This document shows, one piece after another, positions 34,459-44,322 of a stretch of 64,000 bases of DNA. Location: NCBI GenBank assembly GCA_035509435.1, contig DATJLR010000002.1, forward strand, positions 5,774-69,773, written 5' to 3'. The DNA is from Minisyncoccota bacterium (lineage in GTDB: Bacteria > Patescibacteriota > Minisyncoccia > UBA6257 > 2-01-FULL-56-20). The stretch's first letter is position 1, and the number at the start of each line of letters is the position of its first letter. The position numbers were made by a program, and so were the translations under genes. The notes beneath the pieces are model-generated. The model saw only the letters and a program-made list of their open reading frames with translations. It had not been told where the DNA came from and ran no database searches.

Positions 34459-34983
34459 TCAGTTCAAGTTCAGCGTGGGAAGGTCGGGGTCTCCCGCGGG
34501 GACCTCCAGCATTGAACGCCCCACCTCTTTTGCGAGCGCCGCCTTATCCTTCAAAAATGATCCGGTCTTTTCCACGAACGGCGCCATTGACGGGATGAGC
34601 TTTCGTGCCAGGGCCTCCGTCCCGTCAAGAAGCTCGGGGCCGAACTCCGTGGCGCTCCGCTCCCACGCGGCTGCGCGCGCGGCAAGCGCCTCGGTCTCCA
34701 TCCCCGAAAAATAGAGGATATAGGAAAGCGTGAGGAAGCCGGCGATGGCGGCATAGTTGAGCCGCTCCTGCGGATTGAGCTTTTTCCCGACAAGCGTCTC
34801 GCCGCGCGCCGCGAACGCCGCCAATCCCGCGACATCGGCGCCGGGCGTGAGGAGGGCCACCGATTCCACGGTCCTGCGGTTGAATATTTTTGAGAGCAGG
34901 CGCGCGCGTTCTCCTTTGTATCGCTCCATCACGGCCTCTTTCTCCACCTGAGCTTCCGGGACGGGCATCGTTTCCATCGGCAT
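34459..34983 (-). CDS. Hypothetical protein with one central TM segment
   Basis: ORF 34459..35088. The Met at 34983 was chosen to avoid overlap with mscL. No domain is recognised. Confidence 0.4.
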   Translation of the reverse strand: MPMETMPVPEAQVEKEAVMERYKGERARLLSKIFNRRTVESVALLTPGADVAGLAAFAARGETLVGKKLNPQERLNYAAIAGFLTLSYILYFSGMETEALAARAAAWERSATEFGPELLDGTEALARKLIPSMAPFVEKTGSFLKDKAALAKEVGRSMLEVPAGDPDLPTLNLN

Positions 34984-35003
34984 AACGTTCGGATGGATCG
35001 GCG

Positions 35004-35426
35004 TTATTTCTTTGCGTCCGGCTGGACGCTCGTGCAGAACGCGCACCGGCGCGCGTGTACGGGAATGTTGCTGAGGCATTCGGGGCACGCCTTCGTGGTG
35101 GCCTCCGGCGGCGGCCCTTTATGGCGGTTGCTCCATTCGTTGATCGGAAGGACGATGAAGAAATAGATCGTCGCCGCGGTGATGATGAACGAGATCAGGT
35201 TGTTGATGAAATCGCCGTACATGAACTGGCTCCCGCGAAGCGTAAAGGTAAAGTTGGAAAAATTGGGCTGTTTGAATATCGCCGCGATGAGCGGGGTCAT
35301 CAGGTCTTTTACGAGCGAGGAGACGACGCTGTTGAACGCCGCGCCGATCATCACGCCGACGGCGAGGTCGATCACGCTGCCGCGCACGATGAACTGCTTG
35401 AAGCCCTTCAGTATATTTTTGATCAT
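35004..35426 (-). CDS. mscL: Large-conductance mechanosensitive channel MscL with a C-terminal zinc-ribbon extension
   Basis: MIKNILKGFKQFIVRGSVIDLAVGVMIGAAF is the canonical MscL TM1. C-terminal CPEC...CAFC. Confidence 0.85.
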   Translation of the reverse strand: MIKNILKGFKQFIVRGSVIDLAVGVMIGAAFNSVVSSLVKDLMTPLIAAIFKQPNFSNFTFTLRGSQFMYGDFINNLISFIITAATIYFFIVLPINEWSNRHKGPPPEATTKACPECLSNIPVHARRCAFCTSVQPDAKK

Positions 35427-36016
35427 TGATATGGTTGGGTTTTCTCTTCACGCGCCTCCAATCGCGCGTCGCGGATGCTATGTATAATATAATACCCTAT
35501 TGAAAGCAGAATGATGACCCCGATCGTGTAATATTCGATATAGGTCCCCGAATAGCGGACGGCGCGCCCCAGATAATATCCGATGACGAGAAGTGTCGTC
35601 GAGCGGACGGCGTTCATGGGCGTGATATATTCCAAAAATTTCTGGTAGGCCATTTTTGAGGCCCCGGCGGCGATGAGAAAGAGCGATCCCACGCCGTACG
35701 ACGCTTTGCTGACAAGAAGGGTCTTCCCCGGATGTTTCTCGAAGTGCTGTTCCACTTTTTCGAGCCGCGCTTCGGTGATGTGAAGGAATTTTATCCGTTC
35801 GACGAACCTCCTGCCGCGGCTGCCGAGGGCAAAATAGAATGAATCGGAGATCAGGTCTCCGGCGAACACCACGAGAAACGTGGGGATCGGGCTCAGAATG
35901 CCGATCGATATGAGAAATCCGGAGACGAGCGTGATGATAGGCCCCTCTGCCGTGGCGACAGGAAAGATCACCCAGTACTTATATCGGATAAGGAACTGGA
36001 AAAGTTGGCGTGACAC
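35423..36016 (-). CDS. DedA/VTT-domain family membrane protein
   Basis: LPGDSLI-like (FAGDLISD) segment, G-rich re-entrant loops, length ~200 aa. ATGA overlap with mscL. Confidence 0.8.
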   Translation of the reverse strand: MSRQLFQFLIRYKYWVIFPVATAEGPIITLVSGFLISIGILSPIPTFLVVFAGDLISDSFYFALGSRGRRFVERIKFLHITEARLEKVEQHFEKHPGKTLLVSKASYGVGSLFLIAAGASKMAYQKFLEYITPMNAVRSTTLLVIGYYLGRAVRYSGTYIEYYTIGVIILLSIGYYIIHSIRDARLEAREEKTQPYQ

Positions 36017-36025
36017 CAGAGTATT

Positions 36026-36538
36026 TTACTGTACTGCGAGCGGCGCGTCGAGAACCACGATTTGGGCTTTTTGGATGCCGAAATCGACGGCTTCCGTGCG
36101 GGTAGGCATCCAAATATCCACGCGACCGGTGAATTTCTCGCTCGTCCGGTCTTCCACGGTGAATATCTTATTGCCGAAGAGCGCGGGAATTTCTATCTCA
36201 GTTCCGAAGGGAAGAAGGTTGTCCGCCACGACTCCATCATGCACCATAGCCCCCGAAGCGGTGATCAGGGGATGGTCGGATGTCTCGTCCGGATCGCTTG
36301 TATAGGCGGTTACCCATACCGTCTTGGTTTCTGGCGCGTTCGCGACCGTTGCGATGGGGGCCACGGCCAAAACCGCGTTCGGATAGGCCTCCGCCGTAGT
36401 GCTTTGAGGATGAAGGATGGCGGTATCGGCCTTAATGCCAGCCGGCCAGACCAAAAGGCCTGCCACCATCAGAAACAGCATGCATTTATTGGCTTTCCCA
36501 ATAAAAAAGCCCCTCTCGGGGTATCGTTTATTACTCAT
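36026..36538 (-). CDS. 3D-domain (RlpA/MltA-like double-psi beta-barrel) cell-wall protein
   Basis: WVTAYTSDPDETSDHPLITASG...VADNLLPFGTEIEIP...RVDIWM. Signal/TM at the N-terminus. Confidence 0.75.
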   Translation of the reverse strand: MSNKRYPERGFFIGKANKCMLFLMVAGLLVWPAGIKADTAILHPQSTTAEAYPNAVLAVAPIATVANAPETKTVWVTAYTSDPDETSDHPLITASGAMVHDGVVADNLLPFGTEIEIPALFGNKIFTVEDRTSEKFTGRVDIWMPTRTEAVDFGIQKAQIVVLDAPLAVQ

Positions 36539-36611
36539 TGAGTTGTACTGGCATTTTAGCAGGGCCTGCTCAAAAAGTCAACCGGCTTTGCCCGGAATGC
36601 TCCGGAAGGCC

Positions 36612-37646
36612 CTATTTTACGAAGTTTTCTACGATCTCCCGGACTTCGGCGGCATCCGTGGCTTCCATAAGCTTCAGCCGGAGCTCTCTTGCCCCGTCGA
36701 AGGAGGTAAGCCCTGCCGGCGAACCGCTCGTGTAGGATTTATAGTGTTTTTTCATGACCTCGAAGTTCTTTATCCGGCCTCCCTGGCTTACCGGACGGAG
36801 GTCATTGCTCCGGTATAGCTCCTGAAAGAGCTCGGTGTGGGTCGCAAGGCGGGTAAGCCGTTCCCGGACGTCCGGCACCCGGCCGGAAAAAAACCACGGA
36901 TTGCCGAAGGCGCCGGTTCCTATCATCACTCCGTCCATGCCTGCCGCTTCGGCTTTTTGTCGCCCATCCGCCACGGACTCCACGTCTCCATTGCCGAGAA
37001 CGACGGTATCGGGAGAGATCCGGTTCCGGAGTTCCACGATCTTTGCGGCGACCTCCCAGTGCGCGGGGACGTCCGACATCTCGTTCCGGGTGCGAAGGTG
37101 GACGGTGAGCGCGGCCGGTTTTTCTTCGAGAAGGGCCGCAAGCCATCCGTCCATTTCGGCAATATCGCGATACCCGAGCCGCGTTTTTACGGAAACGGGC
37201 AGGCCGCCCGCGCCGCGCTTTGTGGCGCGGACGATCTCCCGCGCCCGCGCCGGATCTTTGATCAGCCCCGCGCCCGCGCCGGACCGTTCCACGCCGCGGT
37301 CGGGGCAGCCCATATTGATATCGATGCCGTCGAAACCGAGCTTTTTGACGAACGGCCCGATCTCTTCAAATTGCTCCGGCTTGCCGCCGAAGATCTGTGC
37401 GACGATCGGATGTTCGCCGGGCGTGAACCACAGGTCGGGCAGCAGCCGGTCCCGGCCGCGGGAGAGCAACCCTTCCACCGAGACGAATTCCGTCCAGAGG
37501 AGGTCCGGCTTGCCGCACTCGGCGAACATCCGCCGGAACGCGGCGTCCGTGACGTTCGCCATCGGCGCAAGCGTCATGATCGGGCGGGGCAGCGAGGCCC
37601 AGAAATTTTTAGGATCGGCGTCTTTTGCCATGATGCCCATTAGCAT
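36612..37646 (-). CDS. dus: tRNA-dihydrouridine synthase
   Basis: LAPMANVTDAAFRRM, DINMGCP (catalytic Cys), TIM-barrel FMN site. Confidence 0.9.
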   Translation of the reverse strand: MLMGIMAKDADPKNFWASLPRPIMTLAPMANVTDAAFRRMFAECGKPDLLWTEFVSVEGLLSRGRDRLLPDLWFTPGEHPIVAQIFGGKPEQFEEIGPFVKKLGFDGIDINMGCPDRGVERSGAGAGLIKDPARAREIVRATKRGAGGLPVSVKTRLGYRDIAEMDGWLAALLEEKPAALTVHLRTRNEMSDVPAHWEVAAKIVELRNRISPDTVVLGNGDVESVADGRQKAEAAGMDGVMIGTGAFGNPWFFSGRVPDVRERLTRLATHTELFQELYRSNDLRPVSQGGRIKNFEVMKKHYKSYTSGSPAGLTSFDGARELRLKLMEATDAAEVREIVENFVK

Positions 37647-37786
37647 AATGGAAATAATGACGTAAGAAAAGGCAAAGATAAAAAAGGGGACGCCAGGGTG
37701 ACGTCCCGATTGCCTTGGATATCTCCTCAGGAGTAGGGAGATGTTTTGATTGTACCATAACCAAATTTTAATGAGCCAGTGGTAGG

Positions 37787-38881
37787 GTGGGTATTATGAA
37801 AGCCAAATATATTGTTATTTTCTGCGTGGTGGCGTTGTTCGCCGCCGGATCGTTTTCGATGTATGTCGTGCGGCGGCATCTTTTGCCGCCCGCAAAAGGT
37901 TCTGTCGGCGGCGCGGGATTTTCCCTTGTGACGGAGCCGGACGACGGCGTGACGCCGGTGCTCGCGATGATCCGGAGCGCCGCGCGATCGGTGGACCTCG
38001 TGATGTACGAACTGGATGATGCGCAGGTGGAATCCGCGCTCGCGGTGGACGAGGCACGCGGCGTGGCGGTGCGGGTGATCCTTGGCGCCGGATACGACGG
38101 CACGCTTTCCACGGGTCCGGCCGCAGTGAACTCGGCGGCGTACGGATATCTGCGCGCGCATGGCGTGCCGGTGCGATGGTCGCCCGGATATTTTTCCCTG
38201 ACGCACCAGAAGTCGCTCGTCGCGGACGGCGACCGCGCGCTTATCATGACGTTCAATCTGGTGTCAAAGTATTATCCGACCGGACGCGATTTTGGCGTTG
38301 CGGACAGCGACCCGCGCGATGTGGCCGCGATCGTGCGGACGTTCGATGATGATTGGGATGGGAGTGCCGATGCGGCGGTGACCGCCGCAGGCAGTGCGGA
38401 GGCGGGCGGCAACAATGGTGAGGCGGGGGACGATCTTGTGTGGAGTCCCGGCGCGCGGCCGGCCCTGCTCGATCTCGTGAACAGCGCGAAGAGGACGCTC
38501 TATATTTATAACGAGGAGATGGCGGATCCCGCGATGACGAAGGCGCTCATCGATGCCTCGCGTCGCGGCACCGCGGTGTATGTGGTGATGACGGGCGCTG
38601 ACGAATGGAAGTGGGAGTTCAAAGAGCTCGCGACCGCGGGCGCGCATGTGCGCACGTATGCGGATGCGGACGACGCGCCGCTCTACATCCATGCGAAGAT
38701 GATCGTTGCGGATGCGGGCGGTGTGGCGACGCGCGCCTTTATCGGCTCCGAGAATTTTTCCGCCGCGTCGCTTGACAATAACCGGGAGCTCGGCATCGTG
38801 ACCGCCGATCCCGCGATCGTAAGCGGCCTCGTCAAAACGTTCATTTCCGACTGGCGCGGCGCGACTCCTTTCGGAGGCTGA
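37787..38881 (+). CDS. Phospholipase D-family protein (two HKD motifs), N-terminal membrane anchor
   Basis: HxKxxxxD twice (THQKSLVADGD and HAKMIVADAG). Confidence 0.85.
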   Translation: MGIMKAKYIVIFCVVALFAAGSFSMYVVRRHLLPPAKGSVGGAGFSLVTEPDDGVTPVLAMIRSAARSVDLVMYELDDAQVESALAVDEARGVAVRVILGAGYDGTLSTGPAAVNSAAYGYLRAHGVPVRWSPGYFSLTHQKSLVADGDRALIMTFNLVSKYYPTGRDFGVADSDPRDVAAIVRTFDDDWDGSADAAVTAAGSAEAGGNNGEAGDDLVWSPGARPALLDLVNSAKRTLYIYNEEMADPAMTKALIDASRRGTAVYVVMTGADEWKWEFKELATAGAHVRTYADADDAPLYIHAKMIVADAGGVATRAFIGSENFSAASLDNNRELGIVTADPAIVSGLVKTFISDWRGATPFGG

Positions 38882-39452
38882 GCGCGGTGGGGATGAGCGA
38901 GATCACGATGACGGCGAGGATGACCGGAAGGAGATAGTTGTCGATGTTCGGCACGGTGGCGCCCAGGAAGTAGCCGAGCAGGGTGACGCCGACGCCCCAC
39001 AGCGCGCATCCGGCGAGGTCGAACCAGAAGAACGCGCGATATTCCATCTTTCCCACGCCGCCGAGCAGCGGCGCGAAGGCGCGGATCACGGGGATGAAGC
39101 GCTGCATGATGAACGTGGAGCGCCCGTGCCGCTCGAAGAACGCCTCCGTGCGCCGGAGATTTTCCTGATTGAAGATGAATGTTTCCTTTTTGAACACTTT
39201 ACGTCCGAGCTTTTTGCCGATGAGGTATCCGACATTGTCTCCCGCGACCGCTGTCACGAACGTCACCGCGAGAAGGATGCCGATATTGAAGAATCCCTGC
39301 GATGCGAGAAGTCCCGCAAGGAAGATCAGGCTGTCGCCCGGCAGGATGAATCCCAGGAGAAGGCCGGATTCGGCGAACACGATGCCGCCAACGCCAAGAT
39401 AGCCGAAGGTCTTCACTATATAGACGGCGAACGCGGTAATGTTAGATGACAT
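38841..39452 (-). CDS. DedA/VTT-domain family membrane protein (second paralog)
   Basis: GFILPGDSLIFLAGLL and FIPVIRAFAPLLGGVGKMEY. Confidence 0.85.
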   Translation of the reverse strand: MSSNITAFAVYIVKTFGYLGVGGIVFAESGLLLGFILPGDSLIFLAGLLASQGFFNIGILLAVTFVTAVAGDNVGYLIGKKLGRKVFKKETFIFNQENLRRTEAFFERHGRSTFIMQRFIPVIRAFAPLLGGVGKMEYRAFFWFDLAGCALWGVGVTLLGYFLGATVPNIDNYLLPVILAVIVISLIPTALSLRKESRRASRK

Positions 39453-40071
39453 TGGGAGAGATCATGTTCGGGTCTTTTGAACGGAACACGAATAGTTTGT
39501 AGCCGGCGAAATTCCAGATAAGGTTGAGCGCCGTTGCGGCGACGGCGGCGACATTGTCCCATCGCACCTGCGACAGGCCGAATGCCGGATGCGCGAACGC
39601 CACGATGAGCGTCGTTGTTCCCACGTTTACCAGGAACCCGACCACCGTGATGATCGCGAACCGTCCGAATTCCCGGCGCGTGTGCGCCTCTTCGGCCTCG
39701 CCGCTGAACGTCCAAAACCGGTTGAGCTCATAGCTGTTGATCATGGCGCACACAAACGAGGTGGATTTAAAGAGCACGATCGTGCCCCCCGTCTCGTGTC
39801 CGGTGACGGCGATCAGCATGTTGAACACAAAGAAGTCGATGCCGGAGTTGAGCACGCCGACGATCAGGAACTTCGCCGCTTTGTGGAAGTTGTGGCTGCT
39901 AAAAAAGCGGTGGGCCAGCGCGACGATCGCCAGGAAGGCGAACGGGATCAGTGCGATCGCCGCGACGAGTTCGCCCTCGGAATGGAGGGACAGGTTCCTG
40001 AGCACGAAGTACCAGAACACGCTCGATGCCAGCCCGACGATAAAGGCTATGGTGTAGTCGCGTTTGTTCAT
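39442..40071 (-). CDS. GtrA-family membrane protein (polysaccharide synthesis-associated)
   Basis: Four TM helices. NSGIDFFVFNML and NLIWNFAGYKLFVFR signatures. Confidence 0.75.
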   Translation of the reverse strand: MNKRDYTIAFIVGLASSVFWYFVLRNLSLHSEGELVAAIALIPFAFLAIVALAHRFFSSHNFHKAAKFLIVGVLNSGIDFFVFNMLIAVTGHETGGTIVLFKSTSFVCAMINSYELNRFWTFSGEAEEAHTRREFGRFAIITVVGFLVNVGTTTLIVAFAHPAFGLSQVRWDNVAAVAATALNLIWNFAGYKLFVFRSKDPNMISPNVI

Positions 40072-40206
40072 GTGACGCTATGGTGCTTAGACTAGCATAT
40101 CTTCTTCATTGCGCGTAGTGCGTGGCACTCCGGCGCTGGGGCGCATGCGTATATAGTACGGCACAATAAAAAGATTGTTATCAGCCGTCATTCCTTGAAA
40201 TCTGTT

Positions 40207-40232
40207 GATAATTAAGTATTGACTTAATTATC
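40207..40232. promoter_or_regulatory. Perfect 10-bp inverted repeat GATAATTAAG-tattga-CTTAATTATC in the arsR upstream region (candidate ArsR operator overlapping the promoter)
   Basis: AT-rich, ~25 nt upstream of the arsR ATG. Confidence 0.5.
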
Positions 40233-40255
40233 GGAGAGGAATAGTATATACCTAT

Positions 40256-40585
40256 ATGGATATATTCACGGTATTGGCGGAGCCGACGCGGAGGACGATC
40301 GTGGAGATGCTCGCTGGGCGTGGCGCGATGCCGGCATCGGAGATCGGCGACGAGTTCAGCGCAAGCCCGCCCGCCATCTCGCAGCATCTCAAGGTCCTGC
40401 GCGAGGCAAAGGTCGTACGGGTGGAGAAGCAGGGGAAACAGCGCATCTATTCAATTGATCCCGGGGCGATGCACGAGATCGAGGCATGGGTCAAAAGGAC
40501 AAAGCGGATGTGGGAAGGAAGGCTTGATAGATTGGACAGGGTGATAAAGGCTGAACAACGGCGGAAAAATAAATTGAACAAATAA
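40256..40585 (+). CDS. ArsR/SmtB-family transcriptional regulator
   Basis: LAEPTRRTIVEMLA...MPASEIGDEFSASPPAISQHLKVLREAKVV winged HTH. Confidence 0.85.
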   Translation: MDIFTVLAEPTRRTIVEMLAGRGAMPASEIGDEFSASPPAISQHLKVLREAKVVRVEKQGKQRIYSIDPGAMHEIEAWVKRTKRMWEGRLDRLDRVIKAEQRRKNKLNK

Positions 40586-40590
40586 AAAAT

Positions 40591-41088
40591 ATGGAACCAA
40601 AAAAAGATCTGACATTCGAACGCGTCCTCAACGCTTCACGGGAAACGGTTTGGGAAGCATGGACCGATCCTAAATTGGTCGCGCAATGGTGGGGTCCGAG
40701 CGGCGTGACAAATCCGGTCTGCGAGGTGGACGCGCGCGTCGGAGGCGCGCTGCATATCGTTATGGAGGCGGGCGAAGAGCTGGGCGCGGCGAAAGGAATG
40801 CGGTGGCCCATGAAAGGGCTCTTTACCGAGGTCGTTAAGCCGGAGCGGCTTGTATTCAAGTCCAGCGCATTTTCAACCGCCGATGAAAAAGAGGCGGCGA
40901 TCGAGACGACCACCGAGGTCACTCTCACCGAGGACGGCGCAAAAACGAAAATGACCGTGCATACCTTCGTAACAAAGACGAATCCGGCGGCAAACGGCGG
41001 CTTCCCGTCCGCGGAGCAGATGATCGCGGGGATGGAAGCGGGCTGGAGCCAGCAATTCGACAAGCTCGGAAAATTCCTGGGGCGGTAA
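40591..41088 (+). CDS. SRPBCC-superfamily protein (AHSA1/Aha1-like domain)
   Basis: FERVLNASRETVWEAWTDPKLVAQWWGP. Commonly paired with ArsR regulators. Confidence 0.8.
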   Translation: MEPKKDLTFERVLNASRETVWEAWTDPKLVAQWWGPSGVTNPVCEVDARVGGALHIVMEAGEELGAAKGMRWPMKGLFTEVVKPERLVFKSSAFSTADEKEAAIETTTEVTLTEDGAKTKMTVHTFVTKTNPAANGGFPSAEQMIAGMEAGWSQQFDKLGKFLGR

Positions 41089-41111
41089 ATATTATAGAGC
41101 AGAACAAAAAA

Positions 41112-41140
41112 AAGAGGCGCCTGATGGGCCTCTTTTGTTG
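41112..41140 (+). terminator. Intrinsic terminator (AAGAGGCGCC...GGGCCTCTTTTGTTGTTT)
   Basis: Hairpin plus T-run downstream of the SRPBCC gene. Confidence 0.55.
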
Positions 41141-41146
41141 TTTATG

Positions 41147-41233
41147 CGGAGGCGGAAGGATTCGAACCTTCGGACCGGTTTCCCGGTCAAATTCTTAGCA
41201 GGAATTTGCATTAGGCCGCTCTGCCACGCCTCC
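41147..41233 (-). tRNA. tRNA-Ser (anticodon GCT)
   Basis: 87 nt with a long variable arm. Acceptor GGAGGCG/CGCCTCC. Anticodon stem AATTC/GAATT with loop CTGCTAA. T-loop GGTTCGAATCC. Confidence 0.85.
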
Positions 41234-41298
41234 TTTGTTTTAAATTCCCTAGAAGCATATCAAAGGGGGCCATTTTTATCAAACTGACGATGAGGCGT

Positions 41299-41481
41299 TC
41301 AACTCTTTTTCCGCGGCACTTTGGCGCCGCGCTTGCGCGCCTCGGAGAGGCCGATCGCAACGGCTTGTTTACGGCTCTTCACCGTTTTGCCGCTGCGGCC
41401 GCTTTTAAGCGTGCCGCGCTTGTACTCGCGCATCACGGCTGCCACTTTTTTCTGCGCTTTTGGGCTATATTTCCTTGGCAT
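41299..41481 (-). CDS. Conserved small basic protein (60 aa)
   Basis: MPRKYSPKAQKKVAAVMREYKRGTLKSGRSGKTVKSRKQAVAIGLSEARKRG, Lys/Arg-rich. Divergent from infB. Confidence 0.45.
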   Translation of the reverse strand: MPRKYSPKAQKKVAAVMREYKRGTLKSGRSGKTVKSRKQAVAIGLSEARKRGAKVPRKKS

Positions 41482-41547
41482 GGGTAGTTTTTTATATTTT
41501 TTTCATATATTACTACACCATTAAAACTTGTATTCATCATCATTTTT

Positions 41548-41556
41548 TGCTATAAT
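41548..41556 (+). promoter_or_regulatory. Extended -10 element TGcTATAAT upstream of infB
   Basis: Lies ~30 nt upstream of the infB ATG (41588). Confidence 0.4.
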
Positions 41557-41587
41557 CTGTTGGAGTTTGGAACCTCTATTTATTCGC

Positions 41588-43093
41588 ATGGCAAAAGAAA
41601 CGCTCAAAAACATTTCAATAAAGACGGGCGTGCAACAGCGGCCGCCGATCGTTGTGGTGATGGGACACGTTGACCATGGGAAGACGTCGCTTTTGGATTA
41701 CATCCGCAAGGCGAACATTGCCGCGCGCGAGGCGGGCGGCATCACGCAGGCGACGGCCGCGTACGAGATCGTGCATACGCCGACCGGCGGCGGCGAGGCG
41801 CGCAAGATGACGTTCATCGACACGCCCGGACACGAGGCGTTCACGGCCATGCGCTCGCGTGGCGCGCGCGTTGCCGACCTTGCGATCCTCGTCGTTGCGG
41901 CGGACGAAGGCGTGAAGCCGCAGACCAAGGAGGCGATCAAGATAATAGAGGAGGCAAAGACGCCGTTCGTTGTCGCGATCACGAAGGTTGATAAGACGTC
42001 CGGCAACGTGGACAAGGCGCGCAATGACCTGATGGCCGCGGGCGTGATGTTCGAGGGGTATGGCGGCCAGGTGAGCTATCACGCGGTCTCTTCCAAGACC
42101 GGCGAAGGCGTGAACGACCTTTTGGATCTTTTACTGCTCGCCGCCGATTTGGAAAACTTGACATACGATGCATCGGCGCCAGCGTCGGGCTTTGTGCTCG
42201 AGGCGTCGCGCGATCCGAAGCGCGGCATCGAGGTGGCGGTGATCGTCAAGAACGGCACGCTCTCGCGCGGCGATACCGTGCGGACGGCGACGGCATCCGG
42301 CAAGGTAAAAATTTTGGAAGATTTTCTCGGCAAGACGGTGTCGACGCTCGAGCCGTCCGCACCCGCGATCGTGATCGGACTCGAGAACATTCCGAAAGTG
42401 GGCGAAGAGTTCTCGGCCGGGGATATAAAAGAAGGTATCCAGGCAGCGCCGGTGCGTTCCACGGCGGGATTGACGCTAAATCAGCTTTCCAAATCAAAGC
42501 CGGACACATTGAACCTTATTTTGAAAGCCGGCGACGCGGGATCCCTCGAGGCGCTCTCGGTGGTTTTGCGCGGGATCGACCAGAAGGGCGGGAAAGAGAT
42601 CAATATCATAGATGAAGGCGTGGGCGACATCACGGACGGCGATGTGCGCCACGCGATCGCCACAAAGGCGACGCTCATCGGTTTCAAAAATCGCGTGGAG
42701 AAAGGCGCGAAGGTGCTCGCCGATGCGCAGACGGTGACGATCATCACTTCCGAGATCGTGTACGACCTTTCGACGGCGGTGGAGGAATTCTTCAGCGGCG
42801 CCCGGGGACCGGCGGCATCGGGATCGCTCGAGGTGCTCGCGGTCTTCAATCAGGAAAAACCGCAGAAACAACTGGTGGGCGGGCGCGTTACAGACGGCAC
42901 GTTCCGGCCGAAGACGTCTGTGGACATCGTGCGCGGCCCCGCGGGCACGACGCCGGTGGGCAACGGAAAGATCTTATCGCTGCGCGAAAAAAAGAGCGAG
43001 ATCTTCCAGGCGGACAATGGAAAAGAAATAGGCGTCCTTCTCGATTCGCAGACGATCGTGCAAGTGGGGGACAAATTGGTGATCAGGAAATAG
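41588..43093 (+). CDS. infB: Translation initiation factor IF-2 (short form lacking N-terminal domains)
   Basis: G-domain [29 protein letters not shown]. 501 aa. The Met at 41588 was chosen within the ORF that opens at 41528. Confidence 0.9.
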   Translation: MAKETLKNISIKTGVQQRPPIVVVMGHVDHGKTSLLDYIRKANIAAREAGGITQATAAYEIVHTPTGGGEARKMTFIDTPGHEAFTAMRSRGARVADLAILVVAADEGVKPQTKEAIKIIEEAKTPFVVAITKVDKTSGNVDKARNDLMAAGVMFEGYGGQVSYHAVSSKTGEGVNDLLDLLLLAADLENLTYDASAPASGFVLEASRDPKRGIEVAVIVKNGTLSRGDTVRTATASGKVKILEDFLGKTVSTLEPSAPAIVIGLENIPKVGEEFSAGDIKEGIQAAPVRSTAGLTLNQLSKSKPDTLNLILKAGDAGSLEALSVVLRGIDQKGGKEINIIDEGVGDITDGDVRHAIATKATLIGFKNRVEKGAKVLADAQTVTIITSEIVYDLSTAVEEFFSGARGPAASGSLEVLAVFNQEKPQKQLVGGRVTDGTFRPKTSVDIVRGPAGTTPVGNGKILSLREKKSEIFQADNGKEIGVLLDSQTIVQVGDKLVIRK

Positions 43094-43117
43094 CGGCTGG
43101 CGCTACATTAAAAAATC

Positions 43118-43456
43118 ATGAACTTTCGTTCAGAGCGCGTAGGGAAATTGATACGCGAGGAGCTCTCGCTCATGGTTTTGCGCGAGATCGAGCTTCCCGC
43201 GCTCGCCACGATCACCGAGGTGGTGGTGGACAAGAACTTGGAAACCGCGCGGGTGGAGGTGAGCGTCATCCCGTCCACGCCAGCCGACGAGAAGGCGGTG
43301 CTCGACGCGCTCACCGCGCAGGCCGGCCACTTTCAGCATTTGCTTCTCAAAAAGATCAACATCAAGCCGATGCCGCGCATATCGTTCGCCATCGACCACG
43401 GCCCGGAAAACGCCGCGAAAGTTGAAAAACTTTTAGACAATAAAGAGAAAGGATAG
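43118..43456 (+). CDS. rbfA: Ribosome-binding factor A
   Basis: RSERVGKLIREELSLMVLREI..., KH-like fold, infB-rbfA synteny. Confidence 0.9.
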   Translation: MNFRSERVGKLIREELSLMVLREIELPALATITEVVVDKNLETARVEVSVIPSTPADEKAVLDALTAQAGHFQHLLLKKINIKPMPRISFAIDHGPENAAKVEKLLDNKEKG

Positions 43457-43459
43457 ATT

Positions 43460-44320
43460 AAAAATCCATTAAATTGTTTTTGTGTTGGCGATATTTAATC
43501 CTCATACTTGATGTATGGGGATTAAATATCGCGTGAACGAAGATTTCTTCAAAAATTGGAATCCAACCATGGCTTATGTGTTGGGATTTATATATGCCGA
43601 TGGCTGTATTTATACTTCTGTGCGCGGAAGTTATATTTCGGTGACCAGCGCTGATGAATGTATCATCGTCAATATAAAACGATGGATGGAGTCTGCTCAC
43701 ATTATCACCAAAACAACCTTTCCCGATAACAGAAAACCCAAATTTGCCCTAAGGATTGGCAACAAAGTGATATATAACGATTTATTAAAGCTCGGTATTT
43801 CCCCCAGCAAATCGCTCACCGTCCGGATGCCTGATGTCCCGGCCTTTGTCCTGAAAGATTTCATTCGTGGATATTTTGATGGTGATGGATGTGTAAATAT
43901 TTATCGCTCAAGGGGCCTAACCCAAGAGATCATACTTCGACAGCTTAAAATTATTTTCACCAGTGGCAGCCAGCTGTTTTTAGAGGATTTACTAAGAGTA
44001 TTAAATGAAAGATTTTCGCTGCGCTTAGTAAGGATATATCCAAATAGTCGCGCTTTCCAGTTGCGATTCAGCACTCGCGACAGTGTCACCCTCTTTAAAT
44101 TTATGTATGAAAATACTCCTGAAGAATTATTTTTCTCAAGAAAATTTGAGACTTTCGCAGCCTATTTTAGCCTGCGGCCCCAGCGTGTTGATAAAGAGGT
44201 CGAAATAATATTAAGATATGTAGGCATCGGCCACGTGGCGAAGGAGATACGCGACGGTCTGCAAAACCGTCATACGCGGGTGCGAATCCCGCCGTGGCCT
44301 CATACATGAGAGATAGAGCT
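43460..44320 (+). mobile_element. AT-rich insert carrying the homing endonuclease gene between rbfA and tRNA-Leu(UAA)
   Basis: Sharp GC drop exactly between the rbfA stop and the tRNA 5' end. Encodes only the LAGLIDADG ORF. Confidence 0.5.
43515..44309 (+). CDS. Double-motif LAGLIDADG homing endonuclease (free-standing)
   Basis: Two LAGLIDADG motifs, LGFIYADGC and IRGYFDGDGCV. AT-rich relative to its flanks. Confidence 0.85.
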   Translation: MGIKYRVNEDFFKNWNPTMAYVLGFIYADGCIYTSVRGSYISVTSADECIIVNIKRWMESAHIITKTTFPDNRKPKFALRIGNKVIYNDLLKLGISPSKSLTVRMPDVPAFVLKDFIRGYFDGDGCVNIYRSRGLTQEIILRQLKIIFTSGSQLFLEDLLRVLNERFSLRLVRIYPNSRAFQLRFSTRDSVTLFKFMYENTPEELFFSRKFETFAAYFSLRPQRVDKEVEIILRYVGIGHVAKEIRDGLQNRHTRVRIPPWPHT

Positions 44321-44322
44321 TG

